Shown here in pieces: positions 26,576 to 36,161 of a stretch of 46,164 nucleotides of DNA. Numbering within the stretch: position 1 is the stretch's first letter; the number at the start of each line of letters is the position of its first letter. The position numbers and the translations under genes were made by a program. The notes under the pieces are model-generated. The model searched no databases. It saw only the letters and a program-made list of their open reading frames with translations, and was not told the origin of the DNA. The stretch spans positions 1-46,164 of IMG/VR virus record IMGVR_UViG_3300048547_000554, one strand, 5' to 3'. This DNA comes from a virus (Duplodnaviria; Caudoviricetes).

Positions 26576-28301
26576 TTAAAATTCGCCACGCCGTTCCGTC
26601 TTGCATTTCTTGTTTTGTAAATTGACAATATGTTAGATGTGCAGCATATCCTTCAATTGTCAATTTATCAAAAGTATTTAAATTTTCAACTTCGGATAAA
26701 CTTGTATTACATAACACAGTTGCAGCATTGGGTCCTAAAGCAATAGCAGGTTTACCATTAAGTAATGCTTCAGTTGCTGCAATACTATTATATGTAACTA
26801 CACAGTGTACGTCATTTTGCAAAGCGTGTACAATATTACCATCTGCTATTCTTTCGTTACGTTTAGGTTTTAACCTTACCTCAATCGGTCTGTCTGTGTA
26901 ACGTTTCAACTCTTTAATAGTTTGTTGTGTCCATTCTTCAGGTGTAGGTTGATCCCAAAATTTCATAACTTTCTCACTAGGCGGACAAATTAATATTTTA
27001 CTTCCTGGATGAAATTTAAGGTATTTGTAACCTATTTTATTCATCCTGTCATTTGCTCTATCTTTGATAGGTCCTAAATTTTGTAAAGCATTTTTAGTTA
27101 TACGATGCCATACTTTACTTTTAGTTCTTTCATTGCCTAAATACCCACTATCAATTGCATAAAATGTTTGTTGTTTTTCCCAGCAGTTTTTTATAGCTAA
27201 TTGACTCTTTTTACCTAAGCCTCTTATAAGTAAAGGAACATTTGATGTTTTTTCTTGTTCCCAAGTACTAAGCATACCTTTAGGAATGCCCTGTACTAAT
27301 GCTTCTAAGTATTCATCAAACTCGTATCCTTTTTTTTGTGGGTTAAAATTGCCATCTTCATCGTCAGAATCAGGAAAGATTGCTGCTACTCTATCACCTC
27401 GTATTGCCATTAAATCCTCCTTAAAATTTGTATCGTAAAAATTACCATCTGGATCTTTAAGATAGTTAAAAAATTTTTCAATTAATTTTTTTTTTTGATC
27501 ATCCATTATTAAATTTGTTGGATGTATTCTTTCACTTATGTCTATTTCTCTATCACGTTTTCTTTTTTCGCCTAAGCTTGAGGCTTTGGCATTTGCGTGT
27601 ACATAGGCGTTTTCAAAGTACTTACCTTTTGCTTTGTACCATTCCTTGGCATACTCGCAGTCTTCGTATTGTTTAAACCAGGGCCCGCCTTCAGTATAGT
27701 GCAATGCTTTTGGTCTTCCATCTTTTGGTTCGTTATACCATCCTACAAGCCAATTCCACTCGTGACTTAATTCTCCTACTTCGGCATCAGGCACCCAACT
27801 AAATCTATGAAAATATGCGCCAGTTTTTAAAGGATCGTTTACAAGTTCTTTGGTTAATACACCGTTTGTATAAGAGCCACAATTTATTAGCATCATACTT
27901 GACCAGTTCTTACGTGGATAAACTGTTTGAACTTGCCCATCCATTTTTGTGCCTTCTTTGGGCGTATAGTCGTGTTGCGCACACATTACAGCATATTTGT
28001 TATTAATCTGATCGAATAATTTTTTAACATCATCTAAAAACACAAAATCACAATCTATAAACAATGCCCATCCTTGATATCCCATTAAGTAAGGAACTAA
28101 AAATCTTGTAAATGTGAATTCTGTACTTGCAAGTGCATCAATAGGTCTATTGTAGAGATCTTTTTTTCTTAAATCATCTTGTTTCAAAGGTATAACTTTT
28201 ACAGGTACACTGGCGTGTTCTAAAATACTTTGTTTACAAACTTGGAATGCAATATCTTCTCTGCTATCCCATCCTACAAATACTTTAAGGGGTTCGGTCA
28301 T
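26562..28301 (-). CDS. Two-domain glycosyltransferase: GT-A (GT8/CDI-like) plus KpsC/KpsS-like domain
   Basis: VFVGWDSRE, STEFTFTRF, FIDCDF, YPRKNWSS, HYTEGGPWF; then IDSGY, VVTYNSIAATEALLNGKP. Confidence 0.8.
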   Translation of the reverse strand: MTEPLKVFVGWDSREDIAFQVCKQSILEHASVPVKVIPLKQDDLRKKDLYNRPIDALASTEFTFTRFLVPYLMGYQGWALFIDCDFVFLDDVKKLFDQINNKYAVMCAQHDYTPKEGTKMDGQVQTVYPRKNWSSMMLINCGSYTNGVLTKELVNDPLKTGAYFHRFSWVPDAEVGELSHEWNWLVGWYNEPKDGRPKALHYTEGGPWFKQYEDCEYAKEWYKAKGKYFENAYVHANAKASSLGEKRKRDREIDISERIHPTNLIMDDQKKKLIEKFFNYLKDPDGNFYDTNFKEDLMAIRGDRVAAIFPDSDDEDGNFNPQKKGYEFDEYLEALVQGIPKGMLSTWEQEKTSNVPLLIRGLGKKSQLAIKNCWEKQQTFYAIDSGYLGNERTKSKVWHRITKNALQNLGPIKDRANDRMNKIGYKYLKFHPGSKILICPPSEKVMKFWDQPTPEEWTQQTIKELKRYTDRPIEVRLKPKRNERIADGNIVHALQNDVHCVVTYNSIAATEALLNGKPAIALGPNAATVLCNTSLSEVENLNTFDKLTIEGYAAHLTYCQFTKQEMQDGTAWRILNESS

Positions 28302-29071
28302 TAGTCTCTTCTTTCTATATCATTTTCGGTTAAATTATTGCCAATCCATACTTCAATAACTTTTGCAGATTTATTATCTAAATTTACAGCTTTGTGCCAA
28401 TAGCCTACTGGGATGTCAATACTATCTCCTGGTACTAACAATGTGCTTGTTTTATTACCTTGCTTATCTTCTAGGAACATATTAATTACTCCATCTACAA
28501 CGTGCCAGTGTTCACTACGTTTAAAGTGTCTTTGGTCACTTAATGCTTTGCCGTGATAAAACTCAAGTTGTTTAACTTGCCAGCCATTGCCTTTGTCTAA
28601 TATTTTGTATTCGCCCCACGCACGTTCTGTAGTAGGCTGACTCCATTCTTTGAGTATCCAACTACTACTATTCTTTTTATCTTCGCCGCCAACACCAAAT
28701 ACAAACTCTACGTCTGGATGATCGCCGTATGTTGCTTGTTCTGGAATTTCGCCTTCAACTCTATCCCCACCGTTTGCAACAATAAGTTTACCAGTTGTTG
28801 TTTGTAAAAGATATCCAATTGCTTTTGTTGTGCCGCCAGTTTCGTCGTCTTCGACTAGCATAACATCGTCAACCATTTCAAGATGTTTGACAATATTTGC
28901 ACGTTCTTCAAACGGCATAAATGCACGACCTTTTTTATTCTCAAGCCACGTATCACTATTAAGCCCTACAACTAATTTATCGCCCAAAGAACGTGCTGAT
29001 TTAAAATACTCAATGTGTCCACTATGTAACGGATCAAATCCTCCAGTTACAATTACAATTTTACCATCCAA
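28301..29071 (-). CDS. HxGH cytidylyltransferase-family protein (TagD/RfaE-like) fused to a mannose-6-phosphate-isomerase-type cupin
   Basis: TGGFDPLHSGH, GLNSD, NGGDR; then ERAWG, LSDQRHFKRSEHW. Confidence 0.85.
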   Translation of the reverse strand: MDGKIVIVTGGFDPLHSGHIEYFKSARSLGDKLVVGLNSDTWLENKKGRAFMPFEERANIVKHLEMVDDVMLVEDDETGGTTKAIGYLLQTTTGKLIVANGGDRVEGEIPEQATYGDHPDVEFVFGVGGEDKKNSSSWILKEWSQPTTERAWGEYKILDKGNGWQVKQLEFYHGKALSDQRHFKRSEHWHVVDGVINMFLEDKQGNKTSTLLVPGDSIDIPVGYWHKAVNLDNKSAKVIEVWIGNNLTENDIERRD

Positions 29072-29681
29072 AAATAAAATCTTTCCTAACGTTTGTTAAT
29101 TCAACAGCACCGTGTGATTTCAAAAATTCTCCTGCACAGTATTTTGTATCAGGATGTTGTTCGACTATTACAATGGGCTTGTATTTTTTTAGAGTGTTTA
29201 TACCACCCTTTAAAACTTCTAATTCGTGTCTTTCGCAATCAATTTTTATTAGTTCAAATGGAGGCATAAAACTTTGATCAAGTGTTTTTACTTTAATGTC
29301 GCCTTCTTTACCGTTGATAAAACTGTTTCCTGTATTGTTTGGATCATAAGTCATAGCTACGTTTTTTTGTTCACTACCTAGTGCAAAATTATTGATAATA
29401 ACATTTTCAATACCTGTTGTATTTTCTATTAAGCATTCAAAAACTTGTGCCATAGGTTCAAACGAAATTACTTTGTTAAATTTCTTTGACAGAGGAACAG
29501 TCCATAATCCTACATTTGCACCAACATCAATTGCTGTATTAAATTCTTTAACATATTTGTATGCTGCGTTTCTAACATCATCTTGATATTCAGGAGGCCC
29601 GCCTTGACTAATACGCTTGTTTATCATTTTTTCAAAGTGTATATCTGTATCTGGCAAATAATAATTATGAACTTTTTTCAT
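29061..29681 (-). CDS. FkbM-family methyltransferase
   Basis: IDVGANVGLW, SFEP, ALG, IKIDCERHELEVLKG. Confidence 0.88.
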   Translation of the reverse strand: MKKVHNYYLPDTDIHFEKMINKRISQGGPPEYQDDVRNAAYKYVKEFNTAIDVGANVGLWTVPLSKKFNKVISFEPMAQVFECLIENTTGIENVIINNFALGSEQKNVAMTYDPNNTGNSFINGKEGDIKVKTLDQSFMPPFELIKIDCERHELEVLKGGINTLKKYKPIVIVEQHPDTKYCAGEFLKSHGAVELTNVRKDFIFGW

Positions 29682-30591
29682 TAATAATTCTTTCTAGCTC
29701 AAGCCATTTATCTACTACTTTAATTGGTGTATAGTACTTAGTAATATGGTCTTGGCCCATTAAAACTTTTTGATAAACTTCTTCTGGATTATGTACAAAG
29801 TATTGAAATCCTGCTGTTAAATTACCTGTCCAAATGTAATCTTGCAAGTCAACATAACTTGGTATGTAACTTTGTGTGATAACAAACTTTCCTTGCTGTA
29901 GTGCATCAATTGGTCTGTTGTTTCCTTTACCTTTTACAAATTTTTCTATTTTGTCTTTGTAAAAAATTGGCAACAAAATAGCATCGCTATTATTGACCAT
30001 TTCTTCTTGTGTTTCATAACTCCAATCTGTCCACCAACTTGGATCGTCTATATTTTTATTTGTAACAACATCTATATGTACGTTTGGATGTATAGTTTTC
30101 ATATTAGCAAGTATCATATCAAAGTTTACTTTATGAATATTTTTTCTTGCTCCATAACATACAAGTTTTACAATGTCGGTTTTTGTAAACACTTTTTTTG
30201 TTGGCTTGCTTTGTTTTCTTTCTGTTAAGTCTGCTATAACATAACATTTGTTTTTAAATAATCTTTCTACATCTTTTGCTAGATATTCACAAGTAGCAAC
30301 AAAAAACTTACAATACTTTGCAGCCTTTGTATATAAATTTATTACATCTTGTTTATAAAATTTATAGTCAGATATATCACAAATAAATTTTGCATTTTTT
30401 TCTATCAATACATCTAATATTTCATTTGTAAATTTTTTACCAAATACAAATAATCTATTGTCATTATGTTGTATTTGATTTATATCTGTAATAAGCCCAT
30501 TATTATTACTATCCATATTTTCAAGTAATAAAGTTCCTCTTGATCTAAAACTATATCTATTGTGTTCTTTATCACCAACATAAAAATACAT
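29665..30591 (-). CDS. Putative GT-B glycosyltransferase
   Basis: CDISD, VCYG, DAILLP, KGNNRPIDALQQGKFVIT resemble the GT-B C-terminal motif. Confidence 0.5.
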   Translation of the reverse strand: MYFYVGDKEHNRYSFRSRGTLLLENMDSNNNGLITDINQIQHNDNRLFVFGKKFTNEILDVLIEKNAKFICDISDYKFYKQDVINLYTKAAKYCKFFVATCEYLAKDVERLFKNKCYVIADLTERKQSKPTKKVFTKTDIVKLVCYGARKNIHKVNFDMILANMKTIHPNVHIDVVTNKNIDDPSWWTDWSYETQEEMVNNSDAILLPIFYKDKIEKFVKGKGNNRPIDALQQGKFVITQSYIPSYVDLQDYIWTGNLTAGFQYFVHNPEEVYQKVLMGQDHITKYYTPIKVVDKWLELERIINEKSS

Positions 30592-31319
30592 TATTCTTCC
30601 TGATATTCTGCTAACAATCTACGTATTTCATTCCACGTACCTAAGTCTATATAGTCATTAACTTCGATACCTTCTGAATTATAAAACGGAGTAGCTGTCA
30701 TTTGTTTAGGACTAAACTTTTGTTTGAGTGTGCTTTTTTCCATATATTCTATTGCAGGCATAAACGAACTAGCTCTAAATGCAAAGCTACACCAATATGC
30801 ATTAAATTTTGTAAAGTCAGTTTGAGGTTTGTCTTCATAATATTTTACAATATTATTCTCCATTTGTAATGCACCTTTTGTAGATAACATCAATGGATCT
30901 TTTTCTTTTTTGTAAAAGAATACAAATTCATTGTTATTTAATTTGTCTTTGACTTGTGTATATAAATCTTCAGTGCCTTTTAATTTTAAAATAGTATCAG
31001 GCAATAATACAACATTATCTTCTCCAAACCAACTAAATGCACTTTTTATCGCACCAGTGTATTCTAATTCTTTAGGATTTTGATATACGAAAGCAATATT
31101 ATATTTGTGTTTGTACTTTGACAAATATTCTACTATTTCGGTTTTGTATTCATTTATTACTACAACAAAATCAACACTGTTTCTATCATAGTCTTTGAAC
31201 CAGTCAAAACTATAATCTATAAGTGCTTGATTTTTATCTAGTCTTAATATTTCTTTAGGATAAGGTAAGTTTAATCTAGTACCTTTGCCTGCGGCTGGAA
31301 GTATAACTGTTAGGGTCAT
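30591..31319 (-). CDS. Sugar-phosphate nucleotidyltransferase (RmlA/NTP_transferase family)
   Basis: VILPAAGKGTRL..PYPKE, LLPDT, EDKP, YIDLGTW. Confidence 0.88.
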   Translation of the reverse strand: MTLTVILPAAGKGTRLNLPYPKEILRLDKNQALIDYSFDWFKDYDRNSVDFVVVINEYKTEIVEYLSKYKHKYNIAFVYQNPKELEYTGAIKSAFSWFGEDNVVLLPDTILKLKGTEDLYTQVKDKLNNNEFVFFYKKEKDPLMLSTKGALQMENNIVKYYEDKPQTDFTKFNAYWCSFAFRASSFMPAIEYMEKSTLKQKFSPKQMTATPFYNSEGIEVNDYIDLGTWNEIRRLLAEYQEE

Positions 31320-31326
31320 ACTCTAT

Positions 31327-31782
31327 TTACAAAGTTGCGTCTTCCATTCCTGCAACTCTGAGTTTTACAACGTTAGTAATTTGCCACTGTTTTTGATCAA
31401 GTGCTTTAAGTACACCTAACCATTTGTTTCGCATTAGTGCAAAATCGTTAATAATTTTCTCATAGTCAACAACATCAGCTTCGCCATCGACATATTTTTC
31501 AACATCACGACTACTTAATGCTCTTTGATAGTTTTCTAAATACTTTCGGAAAAACGAGCTACGTAATCTACGTAGCTCTATGTTTAAATATTCTAGTATG
31601 GCTTCAATTTCTTGCAACTGATTAAATCTATGTTCAACAATACCTGGCATTAACGATGCTTGTTTTTCAACATTACCTACAAACTTACACTCTTTTTTAG
31701 CTTCTATAAGTTCAGATTCAAAATGCTGAATCGCTGCAGGTATTTCATTTACATTTCGACTTACACGACTGTACCAACCCAT
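31327..31782 (-). CDS. uvsY: Recombination mediator, UvsY-like
   Basis: Helical 151 aa; DVEKYVDGE...KQWQITNVVKLRVAG; next to UvsX. Confidence 0.7.
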   Translation of the reverse strand: MGWYSRVSRNVNEIPAAIQHFESELIEAKKECKFVGNVEKQASLMPGIVEHRFNQLQEIEAILEYLNIELRRLRSSFFRKYLENYQRALSSRDVEKYVDGEADVVDYEKIINDFALMRNKWLGVLKALDQKQWQITNVVKLRVAGMEDATL

Positions 31783-32012
31783 TACTCATCCCATTCATCA
31801 TCATCGTCAATGTCACTATGATCCATTTCTAAATAATATTGAATAGCATAATCTAAGTGTTTGTCAGTTCCTAACATTTCTTGTAATTGATCATCTGCTA
31901 AACCATAATCTATTAATGTGTCGACATATTTTTCAGCTGCCATTTCAATATGCTTTTTATCAAAATACTCTTTAAAAAGCATCCACAAATCCGCCACAAA
32001 TTCTTCATTCAT
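31782..32012 (-). CDS. Small acidic hypothetical protein
   Basis: Tiles between UvsX and UvsY. Confidence 0.7.
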   Translation of the reverse strand: MNEEFVADLWMLFKEYFDKKHIEMAAEKYVDTLIDYGLADDQLQEMLGTDKHLDYAIQYYLEMDHSDIDDDDEWDE

Positions 32013-33093
32013 CTAAGATCGGCTCCTCGTTATGATCCACAACTTCTTCGGTTGCGTTAGCGATATTTACCATTTGTTCTTCTTTTGCCGGTAAATCGGC
32101 CATGACCATCTCGAGTAGTTCACCTGTCCATTTCTTACGATATTCTAGTGTTTCTTCTCCGTTACTATCAATATACTTGTAACGATTACCTTGTTTTTCA
32201 AGTAAGCCTTTTCCTTCTAATAAATCAAACATACCTGAATATGGATTCATACCTGTTTCGTATGGAATCTCAACTTGTACACCTTCAAAGGGTTTAGCGT
32301 AACGTGTTTTCATTACTTTACACGCTGCTCTAATACCGTGTACTTGTGATGTTTTATTACCTTCGGCATCTACTTTAAGTTTTAGTTTCTTCATAGCAAC
32401 CACCATCGAAGAAGCATACACAAAGCCTGAACCACCTGAGATCTTATCATCTGGGTCAAACATATCCTGCGATGCATATGTGTGGTTAGTAACGCACATA
32501 CCTACATTGTAACTGCCAAACATATTAACACAGTTAGTTACAAGGGCTTTCAGTGCTTTTGCTTTACGACCAAAGTCGCCTTTCATATCACCTGCTTCAA
32601 ACTGAGTAACCTCAGTTGGTGACATAAGCATACCGAGCGAATCAACTACAAACAATACCTTAGGACGGTCTTCTTCGTTCATTGAACGATAGTCATCCAT
32701 AAATGTACTAATAGTTTTAGCAACATCGTCAATCATTGCCATATTAAGTTTAAGAATTTTGTCGTCAGTTGTTTCGACGCCAAGTGCTTGTAACCAACTT
32801 TCGTCAAGTGCATTTTCGCTATCAATAAGAACAACAAAAATACCTTGTTCTTGTGCTGCCTTGACAATGTTGCCGCTTACAATATATGATTTACCAGCAC
32901 CGGACTCTCCGGCAAATACTGATACTTTACCAAGCGGAATACCTTTTTGAAAGTCGCCACTTAGTAGATAATTAAGTGCAAAGTTACCTGTACTAATCCA
33001 GTCTTGTGGATCGTTAAAGCCTGCGCTCATACCCTTAATTGATTTAGTTAAACTGTTTCGAAACTTTGAAGGATCGAATGCTTTAGTAGCCAT
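32005..33093 (-). CDS. uvsX: RecA/UvsX recombinase
   Basis: AGESGAGKS, IDSENALD, VVDSLG, TNHTY, SGG; AGGAG RBS. Confidence 0.93.
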   Translation of the reverse strand: MATKAFDPSKFRNSLTKSIKGMSAGFNDPQDWISTGNFALNYLLSGDFQKGIPLGKVSVFAGESGAGKSYIVSGNIVKAAQEQGIFVVLIDSENALDESWLQALGVETTDDKILKLNMAMIDDVAKTISTFMDDYRSMNEEDRPKVLFVVDSLGMLMSPTEVTQFEAGDMKGDFGRKAKALKALVTNCVNMFGSYNVGMCVTNHTYASQDMFDPDDKISGGSGFVYASSMVVAMKKLKLKVDAEGNKTSQVHGIRAACKVMKTRYAKPFEGVQVEIPYETGMNPYSGMFDLLEGKGLLEKQGNRYKYIDSNGEETLEYRKKWTGELLEMVMADLPAKEEQMVNIANATEEVVDHNEEPILDE

Positions 33094-33108
33094 ATTATCT
33101 CCTATTCT

Positions 33109-33139
33109 AAAAAACGAATGAAAGGGCCGAAGCCCTTTC
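33109..33139 (-). terminator. Intrinsic terminator-like hairpin after gp32
   Basis: GAAAGGGC-TTCG-GCCCTTTC followed by a U-rich tract on the minus strand. Confidence 0.7.
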
Positions 33140-33144
33140 TATTA

Positions 33145-34143
33145 TTAACCTTGACGTGCTCTGATCATTGCAAGAATGTCTTGCGCACCGCCTGCGTTTT
33201 CTTCTGCAGGTGCTGCTTCTGCTGCTGGAGCAGGTTGTGGTGCTGCTTCTGCTGCTGGAGCAGGATCTTGCCATCCTGTATCAGTTGCTGCTGGTGCTGC
33301 TGGTGCTGCTGCTGGTGCTGCTGCTGGTGTTCTATTTTGTGGATCACCAGTACGTGCTTGCATACCTGCAGGACGGAAGTAATTGCTCCAACGTTCTGCA
33401 TCGTATGCTTCACCGTCTACACTTGCTTCAAACATTTCTGTAAGAACTTTAACAGCCACTTCGTCTGGCTTTTTAGGAAGGAAATCGTTTAGATTAAACA
33501 AGCCGTGTGTATTCACTGCTGCCATCTCTGCATCACCTAGCGGACGTTCTCTACGTGCCCAATTACTTGCGCCATAATCAGCATAACCGCCTTTTGTTCC
33601 TTTTGATAGACGGAAGTCTACACCAGCAGTATAATCTGTTGGTAATTCTTCCATATCTGGATCCATAAGAGCTGCTTTGATTAGTTGGAAAATTTGTGGA
33701 CCAATAATAAAGCGACGGATTGGATTCTCTGGTGAATCTTCCTTTAATGGATCTTCTGTTACGAAGCCTTGGAATACATACGAACGTTTCTTCCAATACT
33801 TACGACCCATATCTTCTAAACTTGGATCTTTAAACCAACCACGTACTTCTTGTAGGATTGAACAAGATTCGCCATACATTTCCATACACGGAACTTGCAC
33901 TTGTACAGGACGTGAGTCTGTCTCGCCTTTAATTCCTGCAAATGGAAGTTTGATCATCAAACGTTCTTTCCAAAAGAAAGTGTTTGAATCGTCGCCATCT
34001 GGCAAGAAACGAATAGTTGCCTGTTCGCCTTCTTTCATATTCCAAAATGGGTAAATTGCGTTGTCGCCACCGCCTGTGCGTTGACCGCCTGCGCCGGCTT
34101 CTTGTTCTTTGAGCTTTGCTCTAATTTCTGCTAATGATGCCAT
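33145..34143 (-). CDS. Single-stranded DNA-binding protein, T4 gp32-like; start MASLAEIR
   Basis: IRFLPDGD, RKYWKKRSY, IGPQIF, GYADY; AGGAGG RBS before 34143. Confidence 0.88.
   Translation of the reverse strand: MASLAEIRAKLKEQEAGAGGQRTGGGDNAIYPFWNMKEGEQATIRFLPDGDDSNTFFWKERLMIKLPFAGIKGETDSRPVQVQVPCMEMYGESCSILQEVRGWFKDPSLEDMGRKYWKKRSYVFQGFVTEDPLKEDSPENPIRRFIIGPQIFQLIKAALMDPDMEELPTDYTAGVDFRLSKGTKGGYADYGASNWARRERPLGDAEMAAVNTHGLFNLNDFLPKKPDEVAVKVLTEMFEASVDGEAYDAERWSNYFRPAGMQARTGDPQNRTPAAAPAAAPAAPAATDTGWQDPAPAAEAAPQPAPAAEAAPAEENAGGAQDILAMIRARQG
33209..33264. repeat. 26-bp direct repeat (30-bp period) encoding the Ala/Pro linker of gp32
   Basis: GGTGCTGCTTCTGCTGCTGGAGCAGG at 33209 and 33239. Confidence 0.85.
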
Positions 34144-34202
34144 AGTAATGCCTCCTATAATGTTGCCTATGTCTTGTGCCTTAAATGTGTAGCACAATTA
34201 CT

Positions 34203-34231
34203 ATACTACACAATGTTATTTATCTTGTCAA
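34203..34231 (-). promoter_or_regulatory. Sigma70-type promoter for gp32 with an ATAAATA box inside the spacer
   Basis: TTGACA-AGATAAATAACATTGTG-TAGTAT. Confidence 0.7.
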
Positions 34232-34267
34232 CTATTATTTTGACAAAATTTTCAAATAGTTAGCTGA

Positions 34268-36148
34268 TTAATTTAAACCAGCTAACTTTAGAATATCTTG
34301 AGATTCTTTTTTGTACTTGTCTTTAATACGGCCTAATTCTTCTTCACTTGCGCCATCTCTGCCTGCTTGTGCTAGTTTAGCCATTCCGTCTTTACCGTAC
34401 TTCTTTTTACCTGTGTAGTACTGTAATCCTGATTCTTCAACATCTGTTTCTTTGTATCCCATTATTTCTGCGACCTTTGCGTCGATGCGTTCTATGAACT
34501 CCATTGCTGGTTTTATATATGCTTCTCCGTATTCTTTTTCTACCATAGTAAGTACGGCTGTTGGGCCTTTTGGAAATGTGCCTTGTTCTCTATCAAAGTA
34601 ACTTAGTACAAATTCGCCTAATGGTGTTTTTTCTTTTTCGATTACAATATCATCTTCGTCTTTATCTGGGTGATCGATTTTGTCGCCTTTTTTCTTACCA
34701 TTCATTTTTGCAGTTCTTACAGCGTGTGCATAGGCATTGCCTTCATTTTCGTCCATATGATTTCTAGGATCATCACACTTTTCATCATCACAATTGCACT
34801 TTGTTTCATTTATAGACTCAGCAAACTGACCCATAAGTGTGTTGAGTGCTGCTTCAAATGCAGCCTCCATACTAGGATTTGTAAGACGTTTAAAATCAGC
34901 AGCACTGTAATTGTCTTTTGGATCAATACCTCTTGTGCTACCGCCTGGCATTCCTCCAATATCAACTGGTTCGGATGCTACTCTTGGAATCACTAATTCA
35001 GTACCAACTTGTATTAATTTTGGATTAGCAATACCATTTGCATCCACAATTTCTTCAACACCTTGTTGTACGCCACCTGGAAAATGATCGGCATACTTTT
35101 GTGCTATACTTGTAATTGTTTCGCCAGGAGATACTTTGTGATATGTATCCTGTTCCGATAAAAAGCTTTCTGGTGTAAGTGTTTCTGCTAATGTTGATTC
35201 ACTTACTAAATTGTATATGTAAGGAAATATATCTTTTAATTCTTCATTAAATTGCTTTACGGTTAATTGATCAATCCAATTTTCTGCAACATCATTTGGC
35301 ACTTCTTCCATTACCGGCACTGTATAATTTTTTACTGCTTCGGTGTAATAAGATGGCTTTTGTAAATTTGCAATTTCTTTTTTTATACTAGTCATACGCT
35401 CTTTAACATTGCCGGTATATTTAGATAAAGTTTCTGCCATTACACTACTACGATTTAAGTATTGATTAAATTTTCTTAACTTTGATAATTCTTCACTTAG
35501 TCCTGTAATATGTTTACCAAAGTCGTCATATGCGTGTCCACCTTCACCAATATGTGTTGCTAATGCTCTAGCGCCACTCAAATGCTTAAATGGATATTTA
35601 AATTTTTCACCATCTACTGTTTCAATAAACAAAGAACCAATTTTACTTGTTCTACTTTCACCTTCACCAATTGTACCATTGTGTTTAATAGAAAGTTTGG
35701 CACTTCCAAATTTTTGGAAACTTGTTTTATGATTTCCATACATTTTTGATTCTGACATTGTATTATCTCCGGGACGATTTGTTGCTAAAAATTTGTAATC
35801 TCTTTTCTGTAGGTTTGAACGTGTGATATCTCTCACTTCAAATTTAAGTAATCTTCTTTTACTAAACATTCGCATATCTTTTAAGAACGTAAACCAATCA
35901 TTTTTATGTTGACCATAATTTTCGTCAATCATATCTTTGTTGTATATAATAACAATTCCGTTTTCTTCGTCTAAGCTAACACTAACTTTTCCAATGGGTT
36001 TAGCCTGTGGACCAAAATCAAAATCAAAAAATCTTGCTTCTTTTGGAACATTAGTCACATCGCCCTGATCATTGCCAATTGTCAAATTGCCAAAGCGACC
36101 TTTAACTGAATTAAACAGTTGTTCTGCTATTAAATCTAAATTCATCAT
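34268..36148 (-). CDS. Large acidic protein with an internal LysM domain; probable virion/head protein
   Basis: YHKVSPGETITSIAQKY...IVDANGIANPKLIQVGTELVIP; TAAATA box upstream. Confidence 0.7.
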   Translation of the reverse strand: MMNLDLIAEQLFNSVKGRFGNLTIGNDQGDVTNVPKEARFFDFDFGPQAKPIGKVSVSLDEENGIVIIYNKDMIDENYGQHKNDWFTFLKDMRMFSKRRLLKFEVRDITRSNLQKRDYKFLATNRPGDNTMSESKMYGNHKTSFQKFGSAKLSIKHNGTIGEGESRTSKIGSLFIETVDGEKFKYPFKHLSGARALATHIGEGGHAYDDFGKHITGLSEELSKLRKFNQYLNRSSVMAETLSKYTGNVKERMTSIKKEIANLQKPSYYTEAVKNYTVPVMEEVPNDVAENWIDQLTVKQFNEELKDIFPYIYNLVSESTLAETLTPESFLSEQDTYHKVSPGETITSIAQKYADHFPGGVQQGVEEIVDANGIANPKLIQVGTELVIPRVASEPVDIGGMPGGSTRGIDPKDNYSAADFKRLTNPSMEAAFEAALNTLMGQFAESINETKCNCDDEKCDDPRNHMDENEGNAYAHAVRTAKMNGKKKGDKIDHPDKDEDDIVIEKEKTPLGEFVLSYFDREQGTFPKGPTAVLTMVEKEYGEAYIKPAMEFIERIDAKVAEIMGYKETDVEESGLQYYTGKKKYGKDGMAKLAQAGRDGASEEELGRIKDKYKKESQDILKLAGLN

Positions 36149-36161
36149 ACTTGTTATTTAT

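Noticed and set aside
17543-31319. Host chromosomal LPS/capsule locus or chimeric assembly
   Set aside because: Genes are interleaved and overlap-coupled with phage core genes (uvsW, uvsY) and share the phage promoter motif
33165-33443. Poly-Gln and poly-Leu ORFs
   Set aside because: Alternative frames of the gp32 Ala/Pro linker repeat
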